From Planctomycetota bacterium (GTDB lineage Bacteria; Planctomycetota; UBA8108; SXIK01), in assembly GCA_965223845.1 (NCBI GenBank), contig CBDCXR010000004.1:5952001-6016000 (forward strand): a stretch of 64,000 nt of DNA, in the 5' to 3' direction. Positions 17,739 through 27,000 of this stretch are shown here, one piece after another; position 1 is the first letter of the stretch, and the number at the start of each line of letters is the position of its first letter. Under the pieces are notes generated by a model. That model saw nothing but the letters and a program-made list of their open reading frames with translations. It ran no database searches and had not been told where the DNA came from. A program made the translations under genes and the position numbers.

Positions 17739-18913
17739 CGAGCCCCTTCGGGCGCGACCCCGGGCGATGGTTTTGCGCTCGTCTCGGCGGGCGGTTTCAG
17801 ATGCTCGTCGAAGAACGCGTCGACGAGCTCATCGATCTCCGCCCGGCGACGCCAACCGTGCCCGCCGCCCTCGACGACGCGGAGAGTGCTCTTCACACCG
17901 GCCTTCGTGAGCGCTTCGTGGAGGAGCTCGCTCTGGCCGAGCGGAACGATGAAGTCCTCGTCGCCGTGGACGATGAGGAACGGCGGATCGTCCTCGCTCA
18001 CGTAGGTGATCGGATTCGCCTTCCGAGCGAGATCCGGATGTTCCTGGATCGGCGCTCCCACGAGCTGCGACTCGGGTGAGTTCGGAGCGTCGTGGTCGAT
18101 CCGCCCTCGCTCGCCCGCCTGTGCGTTCATCTTGAGGAAGTCCGTCGGCCCGAAGAAGTTGCAGACCGCCTGAACGCGCGCCGGTGGCGCGTTCTCTCCG
18201 GGTGTTCCGCTGAGCGACTCGACGCCACCGCTCGTTCCGAGCAGCGCGACGAGGTGACCGCCCGCCGACGAGCCCCACGCGCCGATCCGATCGGGATCGA
18301 GGCGGTACTCCTTCGCGTGCGCGCGGATCCAGCGCACGGCGTCTTTCACGTCCTCGATCTGCGCGGGGAACTTCGCCGTTTGGCTCAGGCGATAAGCGAT
18401 GCTCGCAACCGCGTAGCCTCGCTTCACGAAGCGAAGCGCGGGCGTCGAGCCCTTGTTTCCGTTTCGCCACGCGCCGCCGTGCACCCAGAGGATGACGGGA
18501 AGGGGCTCCGCGCTCGAGCGCTCCTTCGGCAGATAGAGATCGAGGCGGAGCGAGAGCTTGCCGGCGCGCTTGTATTCGATGTCGCGCTCGACCTTGACGC
18601 CGTCGAGCGCGACGCTGCTCGCCGTTCCGACGCGTCGTTCCCTGAGAGCGCGCCGGCGGCGGAAGAGGATATCCTCCTCGAGCTCGACGTAACCGTTCGA
18701 GTTCCGGTCGATCCGATTGAAGTTCGCGCGCAGTCGCTCGGGAAACTCGCTCTTGTTGAGCTTCCCGTCCCCGTTCTTGTCGTGCTCGGCGAAAAACTCC
18801 TCGGCTGCGCGAACCGGATCCGGGTTCGGGCCGACGGGGCGGCGTTTGTCCTGGGCACGCGCGGGGATCGCGCAGACGAAGAGAAACGAAACGAGGAGGA
18901 CGATCTTGCTCAC
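17735..18913 (-). CDS. Secreted alpha/beta hydrolase (BD-FAE-like esterase) with EF-hand pair
   Basis: Signal peptide from GTG 18913; 'DKNGDGKLNKSE', 'DRNSNGYVELEE'; HGGAW, GSSAGG, HGDED, GGGH catalytic motifs. Confidence 0.9.
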   Translation of the reverse strand: MSKIVLLVSFLFVCAIPARAQDKRRPVGPNPDPVRAAEEFFAEHDKNGDGKLNKSEFPERLRANFNRIDRNSNGYVELEEDILFRRRRALRERRVGTASSVALDGVKVERDIEYKRAGKLSLRLDLYLPKERSSAEPLPVILWVHGGAWRNGNKGSTPALRFVKRGYAVASIAYRLSQTAKFPAQIEDVKDAVRWIRAHAKEYRLDPDRIGAWGSSAGGHLVALLGTSGGVESLSGTPGENAPPARVQAVCNFFGPTDFLKMNAQAGERGRIDHDAPNSPESQLVGAPIQEHPDLARKANPITYVSEDDPPFLIVHGDEDFIVPLGQSELLHEALTKAGVKSTLRVVEGGGHGWRRRAEIDELVDAFFDEHLKPPAETSAKPSPGVAPEGAR

Positions 18914-19044
18914 GGTCGCTGCTCTCACTTGAGGGCCGACGCTCGGGTCTCGACTCAGAAGACGGAGTACCGCCAGCTCGTGTTTGCTCGGAATCCGAAT
19001 CCGCCCGCACGCGACGGCTGCCCGCCACCCGAGCTCACTACTCG

Positions 19045-22000
19045 TTATCGGCAAGCGCTCGGACAACCCGCAATGCGCACACAGCTTCGACCGAGAACGT
19101 GCGGAGCCCCGCGACGGAAGAGATAGTTCAGCATCGCGATCGCGTCCGCGATGTTCACGCTCGCGTCCCCGTCCGCGTCGAGGAGCTCTCGATTTCCTTC
19201 GCTCGCGATGCCGCGATCGCCGCAGGGAAGATCCGCCGGCGAACCTCGGAAGAGATGCCCGAGGATCTGGATCGGATCGGTCACCGTGAGTCTTCCGTCC
19301 TGGTCGATGTCCCCCGCGAGCTGGAGGCCCCCGGTTGCGTCCTCGGCGACCGTGTTCCGCGCGCCCGGCGTGCCGCCGTCCGTCGTCGAAGACGCCCAGT
19401 TGAGGGGCTCGTTGCTGTACGCGTGAGCGCCGATGCGCTCGAGGCTCGGACCCGCGCCGTCGGGCTCGACCGGCCACGGGTCGGTGTCGTTGTATCGGAC
19501 CGCGTCGATCTCTTCGGCCTGATCGAGCTCCGCGATCGGCGCGAGGAGTCGAAGGCGTTCGCCGCGGTTCTCGAGCGCACCCGCATAGGGACCGACGACC
19601 ACCGCGCCGTCGGGGACGCCGAACTCTGCGCGAAACTCATCCGGCGCCATCGGCGCGACCACGAGATAACCCTCGCTCGGGATCTCGGCGCCTTCCGGAA
19701 AGACGAACGGGCCGTCGTCCGATGGACTCGATATGCCGCGGATCTCCCAGCCCGCGAGCGAGCGCGGATCGGACCGAGGATTGTAGAGCTCGATAAACTC
19801 GACGCCGGCCGCGTCGACGGGGTGGTAGTGGATTTCGTTGATCGCGACGAGCGGAGCGCGGGGGTCGCCATTTGCTCCGCCGAGACTGCTCGACTCGAGG
19901 ACGACCGACTCGAGCCCGAGGCTCGTCTCGTAGCGACCGTAGGAAACGTCGGCCGAGAGGCCGAGCTCGAGCGCGGTGATCTCGGTTCCGGCGAGATTGC
20001 TGAGATAAACCGTCGGCTCGGCGGGGTCGAGCTCGAAGATCGTGCTCTCGCCGTTGGCTGGGTTCTCCTCGAGCACGAAAAACTCTCCGGGCGCGAGGCG
20101 AACCTGGAACGACACGGACTGAAGGGTGGACGCATCCGAACGGTCCGTACTCACGAACCAATCGTGCTGGATTCCCACGGTCGATGGCCCGAGGTTGACG
20201 ATCTCGATCGCATCCACGGCGAGCCTTCCGTTCATTCTCACTTCGGAAATCGCGAGCTGATCGAAGGACGGCTCTGCACCGAGAGCGCCCGGCGAGCCGC
20301 CGCGCTCCGAGCTCGCGCGCCAGGCGCGTGGATCGTCGGGGACGAACTCTCCGCCCATGTAGATGAGCGACGAGCCGAAACCGTCCGCCGCGAGCGGCCA
20401 AAAGCCATCGTCGTCGTACTCGACGCTGAAGATCGTGACGCCCGTCTCGTCCTTGATCGTGAGCTTCTCGCCGCCGTTTGCGAGTCCGCCTTCGAATACG
20501 CCGAACGGCTCGACGTCCGGATACGCCGCACGAAAGGCTTGCTCGTTCGCGACGAGGACGAGCCGCTCGCCGCTCGCGAGAAAGTCTCCCTCGGAAAACT
20601 CGAACGTGAGCCCGCTCGTAAATCGAAGTCCCGCGAGGTCGGCGGTCGAGTCGCCGGTATGAAGGAGCTCGACGAACTCTAGTTCGCCGCCCTCGGCCGG
20701 GCGGTAGTGGATCTCCGAGATCACGAGCCCGTCGGGGCTCGAGCTCGGCACCGTGTAGATCGCTTCTCGGAGCGCGCTCCAAGACTCCCCATCGAGCGTC
20801 CGCGCCTTGAGGATCGTATACGCCGTGATCGGGATGGCACTCGTGTACGCCATCGCGCTCGCCGACGCCGCTCCCGCAAACGCCTCGCGCGGATCGGATC
20901 CGTCGAGCGTGTAGAGGATTTGACCCTCCTGGCCGTTCGGAAGGGACAGCTCGACCGCGGTGCCCGCGTCGACCTCGCCCGCATCGACGCTCGCGATCGG
21001 CGCTCCCGTGCGCGAGTAGACGCGGATGTTGCGGAACTGACCGAGTACGGCGTTCGAGCGTGCGGGGAAGTGGGAATTGAGGAGACGATTCCGTTCGCGC
21101 GTCCAATCGAGCATGCCGTACGGTCGAGCCTGGCGATAGTCGCCCCAGCGGGCCGATTCGAGGATCACGACGGGTTCGAGCTGCTCCGCGCGCGTCTCCC
21201 AGCGCGCCGCGGCGGCCTGCGGTGTGAGCGTTCCTCCAGGAGAAAAATGCTTCTCCACGCGGTCGCCGAACGCGACCTGGAACTCCGGGTGCGCGCGGAG
21301 GCGCGTCCAGATCTGTCCGGGCGAGTTCCCCTCCGACACACCGGTCCGATTCGCGGTATTCCCTTCGAGGATGCGCTCGGCGTCCCAGCTGAAGAAGAAC
21401 CACTTCGCGCCCTCTTGGCGCCGCCGCGCCGAGTACCAATTGTGACTCGGCCAGTCAGCGTTCGCGCCGTAGAAGTTCATGATCATGTAGTCGACGAAGT
21501 TGACGAGGTCGAGCTGATCGAAGAGCGCGTTGTAACCCTCCGGGGTCGACACGTTCGCGGCCGCGGCGAGGAGCTCGCGCCACGCGAGAGTGTCGCCGTT
21601 CACGGGCTGCGCGGAGTTGAGCGCATCCCACTCGTCCTTCGAGCCGCCGAGATAATCCGCGGCAAAGGGCGCACTCGGCCGCTCGACGAGGTTGTAGACA
21701 CCCCAGAAGAGTCCGTTGACGAAGAGGTTCACGTAGCGACCGTGCGGCGATGCCTGTCCCATGTCGCGCATCGTGTCGCGCGCCCACTGATCGCGGATCA
21801 TGCTCGCGCGGCCGCGCTGCCCGCCGTCGTTGTGGATCCAGGAGTTGTTGTAGTTCGCGCGCAGAATCAGCGTGTCGAAGGAGTCGAGCTCCGAGTCTTC
21901 GAATACGCGCCGGCGAAGCCGAGTCGGACCGTACGCGCCCTTGAAAAGAAAGCGGAAGCTGTGCTTCGGCGAGCGGCTGAAGATCCGGCTCGCCCCGCCG

Positions 22001-23967
22001 TGGATGCGAAGGCCGCAGTTGATCTGAAAGCTGCCGTCCCCGTCCGGCGCCGCGACACCCTCGGGATAGATCCACTCGGCGGAGGCCGGTCGCTCCCAGC
22101 GGACTCCCTCGGCTTCCGAGTTCGGGTAGATCCCCTGTGAGCCGAAGATATGGTTCACGTCACCGACGATCGAGATCGCGGGAATCGAGCGGAAGCCGGC
22201 TTCGACGAGTGCGGGGTTGTCATCGGCTCCGACGACATCCGGGTCCATCGCATAGTCGGCGTTCCCCGATCCCCAGCGAGCCGGAAAACCCGCCGGGCGC
22301 GGCGGCTGTGACCCGATGAGCGCGGGAAAGAGATACGTCTGCGTGATGACGCGCGACGGCAGGTATTTGTCGCGGTACGCCGCCGCGCGAACCGTGACGA
22401 CCGCGCGCGCCGCCGATCCCTCGATGGCGATCGGTCCCGCGTACTCTTCACCGCGCTCGGGAAGGGGCTCGCTGCCGTCGAGCGAGTAGAAGATCTTCGC
22501 CTCGGGCGTCGGCGTCGAGAGCTCCAGCTCGAAGCCTTCGGAGAAGAATCCGTGCTCGACGCTGAAGATCGGATCTTCGACGAAGCTCGCGAGTACGGAT
22601 TCGGGGGGATTCACTTCGCCCGGCGTCGGATCGAAGAAGTAGCCGACGCTTCCGTCCGTCGCGACGCCGTAGGAGTGGTCGGGACGCTGCGCGGGGTAAT
22701 CTTCGAAGAACGAAACCGCGGCGCGCGGGATCTCCGGTGGATAGAGATAGACCGAATCGCCCGAGCGATTCAGCTTGAAGCTCGCGTGAAATTCGCCCTC
22801 CTCGACGCGATCCTTCGCCGAAGCGAACACGACGAGTCGCTCGCCCGGTGCGAGGACGTGCCCGGGAAAGACCCACGCCGATGGGTCGTCCGCGTCGTCC
22901 GACAGCGACCAACCCGCGAGATCGATCGGCTGATCGCCGTAGTTCTCGATCTCCACCCAATCGGGCGTGTCGCGGTCGGCGTCGATGATCCCGGATCCGT
23001 TCGCCGCGAGGAACTCGCTGATGCGAAGAGTCGGTGGCGGCGCGTCGGGATCGACGGAGTAGGTCCAAGTGCCGCCGGCGAAGGCGTTCGGCTCCTCGGC
23101 GCGATCGAAGATCGCTTGATCGGCGCTCCAGCGCACAGTCGCTTCGCCCGGGGCGGCCGGTTCGGCGAGGCGGAATCGGTAGGGTCCGGCTTCCGCGCCG
23201 CGAACCTCGATGGCCGGAGCGCCGTTGACGACGAGCGAGTTCGCCGTGACGCCCGTGACCGACTCGCTAAACACGACTTCGATCTCTTCGAGGCGCCTCA
23301 CCGTGGCGCCTGCGGGAGGAAGCAGGCTCGCGACGGCCGGAGGACTCCGGTCAGGCCCGAAAGGATCGATGAGCTCGAGGTCGAACTTCATGTCGTTGCT
23401 CGTTCGCGACGCGTTGAGCGCGTGAACCGCGACGACATTTCGGCCCGCACGGATGAACTCGCGAGGGCTCGTCAGCGGGAACGGCTCGTATTCCCCCGAC
23501 TCGTGCCCTCGCTGTGCGCGCGTGTCGAAGGGCTCCGGAGCCCCGATCTCGCCCCGTGCGTTCGCGCGCACGACCTCGACGCCGTTCAGATACACGATGA
23601 ATCCGTCGTCGAAGTCTGCGAGGAAGTGGAGCTCGGTCACTTCACTCGGATCGGCGATCTCGAACTCTCTCCGGAGATAGAACGTCGTGTAGTTCCCGCG
23701 CATCGGCGGCTCGCGTTCACTGAGGTCCGTCCCGTAGGGCGGATCACCGAAACCGAACGGCGCCGGCGCGAGCTCCCAGTCGGCGTCGTTGAACTCTGCG
23801 GCGGCCCATCCGAGCGCCTCCTCCGACGGTTCGGCGACACCCGGGAGGAATCGCCACTCGGAGCCCGCCTCCACGAAGACCGTGTTTTCGGCGCGAAGGT
23901 ACACGTTCGGCGCGAAGAGGACGTAGAGGAGAACGAGCGGCGCCGCGCACCGTTTCGAGAAACACAT
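19045..23967 (-). CDS. CotH kinase family protein with lamin-tail domains, chitobiase/FN3-associated domains and C-terminal dockerin (paralogue A)
   Basis: LTD 'LRISEFLAAN...DWVEIEN'; 'YSLDGSEP'; CotH motifs 'KHSFRF', 'GVYNLVER', 'NADWPSHNW', 'WDAE'; dockerin 'GDIDQDGRLTVTDPI..L..LF'. Confidence 0.88.
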   Translation of the reverse strand: MCFSKRCAAPLVLLYVLFAPNVYLRAENTVFVEAGSEWRFLPGVAEPSEEALGWAAAEFNDADWELAPAPFGFGDPPYGTDLSEREPPMRGNYTTFYLRREFEIADPSEVTELHFLADFDDGFIVYLNGVEVVRANARGEIGAPEPFDTRAQRGHESGEYEPFPLTSPREFIRAGRNVVAVHALNASRTSNDMKFDLELIDPFGPDRSPPAVASLLPPAGATVRRLEEIEVVFSESVTGVTANSLVVNGAPAIEVRGAEAGPYRFRLAEPAAPGEATVRWSADQAIFDRAEEPNAFAGGTWTYSVDPDAPPPTLRISEFLAANGSGIIDADRDTPDWVEIENYGDQPIDLAGWSLSDDADDPSAWVFPGHVLAPGERLVVFASAKDRVEEGEFHASFKLNRSGDSVYLYPPEIPRAAVSFFEDYPAQRPDHSYGVATDGSVGYFFDPTPGEVNPPESVLASFVEDPIFSVEHGFFSEGFELELSTPTPEAKIFYSLDGSEPLPERGEEYAGPIAIEGSAARAVVTVRAAAYRDKYLPSRVITQTYLFPALIGSQPPRPAGFPARWGSGNADYAMDPDVVGADDNPALVEAGFRSIPAISIVGDVNHIFGSQGIYPNSEAEGVRWERPASAEWIYPEGVAAPDGDGSFQINCGLRIHGGASRIFSRSPKHSFRFLFKGAYGPTRLRRRVFEDSELDSFDTLILRANYNNSWIHNDGGQRGRASMIRDQWARDTMRDMGQASPHGRYVNLFVNGLFWGVYNLVERPSAPFAADYLGGSKDEWDALNSAQPVNGDTLAWRELLAAAANVSTPEGYNALFDQLDLVNFVDYMIMNFYGANADWPSHNWYSARRRQEGAKWFFFSWDAERILEGNTANRTGVSEGNSPGQIWTRLRAHPEFQVAFGDRVEKHFSPGGTLTPQAAAARWETRAEQLEPVVILESARWGDYRQARPYGMLDWTRERNRLLNSHFPARSNAVLGQFRNIRVYSRTGAPIASVDAGEVDAGTAVELSLPNGQEGQILYTLDGSDPREAFAGAASASAMAYTSAIPITAYTILKARTLDGESWSALREAIYTVPSSSPDGLVISEIHYRPAEGGELEFVELLHTGDSTADLAGLRFTSGLTFEFSEGDFLASGERLVLVANEQAFRAAYPDVEPFGVFEGGLANGGEKLTIKDETGVTIFSVEYDDDGFWPLAADGFGSSLIYMGGEFVPDDPRAWRASSERGGSPGALGAEPSFDQLAISEVRMNGRLAVDAIEIVNLGPSTVGIQHDWFVSTDRSDASTLQSVSFQVRLAPGEFFVLEENPANGESTIFELDPAEPTVYLSNLAGTEITALELGLSADVSYGRYETSLGLESVVLESSSLGGANGDPRAPLVAINEIHYHPVDAAGVEFIELYNPRSDPRSLAGWEIRGISSPSDDGPFVFPEGAEIPSEGYLVVAPMAPDEFRAEFGVPDGAVVVGPYAGALENRGERLRLLAPIAELDQAEEIDAVRYNDTDPWPVEPDGAGPSLERIGAHAYSNEPLNWASSTTDGGTPGARNTVAEDATGGLQLAGDIDQDGRLTVTDPIQILGHLFRGSPADLPCGDRGIASEGNRELLDADGDASVNIADAIAMLNYLFRRGAPHVLGRSCVRIAGCPSACR

Positions 23968-24044
23968 GGCGAAGGGACTCCGCGGAAACGACCCTGGTGA
24001 TGAACGAGCGAAACGAGGAATCACGGAACAGAACGAGAGCGCGC

Positions 24045-27000
24045 TCAACGCACGCAGACGTCGGGACAGCCCGGCAGTTGGACGCATTCGCGCCCGAGCA
24101 CGTGGGACGCTCCGTCGCGGAAGATGTAGTTGAGGAGCGCGACGGCGTCGGCGACATTGACGGACGCGTCACCGTTTACGTCGATGAGCATCCGATTGCC
24201 CTCGTCGTTGATGGTTCCGCCTTCGCACGGAAGCTCCGCCGGGCTGCCGCGGAAGAGATGGCCGAGAATCAGGATCGGGTCCGTGACGCTGAAACGTCCG
24301 TCCTGACTGAGGTCGCCGGGAAGCTGAAGCCCACCCTCACCCGTTTCGGACGCCGAGTTCTTGGCGCCGGGAGTTCCACCGATCGCCATCGACGCCGCCC
24401 AGGACAGAGCTTCGCTCCCGTATCGCCCCGCCGAGATGCGCTCGAGCGTCGCGCCGGTGCCGTCGGCTTCGAGCGGCCAGGGCTCGCGATCGTTGAAGCG
24501 AACCGCGTCGACGAGAACGACGGGGAGCTCGCCCGCCGCGGCGGGGCGAAGGAGTCGAATCCGCTCACCTTGATTGTCGAGCGCGCCGCCGAACGGTCCG
24601 ACGACGGTCGCGCCGTTCGCGTCGAAGTCGTTCGGGTCGACGTTGACCACGACGAGGTAACCGCCGGCGGAGATCTCCGCGCCGGCGGGGAAAATGAACG
24701 CATCGCCTATCGGTGACGAGATTCCCGCGATGCGCCAGCCGGCGAGATCGACCACGTTCCGTCCGGGGTTGAAGAGCTCGATGAACTCCGGTTCTCCGTC
24801 GAGCGGGTGGTATTGGATCTCGTTGATGGCGATCTCGGGCGGTGCGGGAAGTGGATTCTCCTCGCCGATGCTCGGCGTCATGAGGGCGAGCTCCAATCGC
24901 GAGCTCGTCTCGTGCTGGCCGAAAGAGCGTTCGAACGGCGCACCGGGGTATGTGAGGCCGGTGACGAAACCGGTGAGCTCACCGGCGTCGGCCGAGGCGA
25001 GGTACACCGCGCCGCCGAGCGGTGAGACATCGAACGCCTTCACCGGGATGTCGACCGCGAGGATCTCTCCCGGCGCGATCGAGCCGGAGATCTGATAGTG
25101 CAGGAGCGATTCGGCGCTCGTCGCATCATCGCTCAGGAACCAGCCCGTGAGGTCGACGCGAGTCGAGCCTTCGTTGACGAGCTCGATCAAGTCTTGGTGC
25201 GGTGCGACTTCGTTGATGGCGATTCGTCCGATGCTCCGCGCCGGATCGACGGCGCCCGGCGAGCCCCCGACGTTCGTGCTCGCGCGCCACGCCCGCGGGT
25301 CGTCGGGATTCATCTCCGGATCCGCGAGAACGAGTGAGTAGCCGAAGCCGTCGGCCCCGATCTCCCAGAAGTTCCCGTCGTTGTAGTCGACGGAGACGAT
25401 CGTCGCGCCGGAGCCGTCCTTGATCGTGACCTTTTCGCCGCCGCCGTCGAGCGCTCCGCTGTACTGCGCGAACACCGGCACATCGGGATAGAGCTCCGCG
25501 AAGGCCTCGGCGTTTTCGGCGAGAACGAGATACTCGCCGGGGCCGATCGCATCGCCCGCCGCGAATTCGAGCCGGATTCCGCTCGTGAACTCGAGCTCCG
25601 CGAGATCGATCGTCCGCTCGGACGGGTTGTGGATCTCGAGAAAGTCGTATTCGTCCCCTGCCGCCGAGTTGTACATGATTTCGGTGATCTCGAGCGTCGC
25701 GGGGCTGGAACCCTCGATCGTAAAGATCGCTTCTCGGAGCGCGCTCCATTCCGCCCCGTCGAGCGTGCGCGCCTTGACGTGGGTGAAGTCGTCGATCGCG
25801 ATCGGTCCGGCGTACTCCATCGCGCTGGGGGAGAGTTCGTTCGTCCCGAAGACGCGCGGATCACTCCCGTCGAGCGTGTAATGAACGGGGAGTACGGCGT
25901 CGTCGGGAAGCGACATCGTGAGCTGGAAACCCGCCTCGACCTCGCCGCCGGGCGCGTTCAGCTCCGGCGCAGGTATGGCGGGATAGAACCGGCGGCTGCG
26001 AAGCTGATTGAGCACGGTTCGCGTGCGCACCGGAAAATAGGTGCGGAGGAGCCTCGTGAGCTCGCGCTCCCAATCGGCGCGGACGTAGGTCTGCGCGCGA
26101 CGGTTGTCACCCCAGCGTGCGTACTCGAGAAGGATCAGCGAGTTGATCTCCTCGATCCGCCGCATGTAGATCTCGGCGGCGCGGTTCCGCGCCGGATTCT
26201 CGGGATCCCATTCCGGCGCTTCCGGGTCGACGTAGAGCGCACCGCCGGGGGAGACGTGGCGCTGAACGCGATCGGCGTAGATCTGCTTGAACTCGGCGTT
26301 ACGCATGAGCGATTGAAAGACCTCGGTCGGCCCGCCCGAGTCGCTTCGCGAAAGGTTGTTTTCGCCCGGGGACTTGAGAACGTGCTCGGCATCCCAGTTG
26401 TGGAACAGCCACTTGCCGCCGTCGCGGGCTCGCGTCGCGTACCAGTTCTGGTGCGCCCAGTCGGTGTTCCCCGCCCAGTGATTGAAGATCATGTAGTCCG
26501 CAAAGAGCGGGAGATCGATGATCTCGGCCGCGGCGAGGAACGAATCCAGGTTGTCGCCCCTCACGGCACGTGAGCGCGCGAGAAGCTCGCCGTACGCGCG
26601 GGCGTCGCCGTCGACGACATTCGATGACTGATGGCGCATCGCGTCGTACTCGTCCTTCGATCCACCTCGATTCTCGGCCGCCCAGGACGCGTCGGCGCGC
26701 TCGTGGATGCCGTAGAGTCCCCAGTGAACGCCGTTCAGGTAGAGATTGACGAAGACTCCGCGCGGCGCGTGTCCACCGGTCTCGATCTGGAGATCGGAGA
26801 TGTACTGATCGCGCACGTACTGAGACTGGATGCGCTGTCCGTGGTCCGGGTGATTGAGCGTCAGATTGAGGCCGGCGTCGAGCACGAGTGTGTCGAAGCG
26901 ATCGACGTCGTAGTCCGGATAGAGGGGGAACTCGAGCTTCGAGGCGCCGTAATCGCCCTTGAAGAGAAGCCGCATCGAGACCTTTCGCGACTTCCAATCG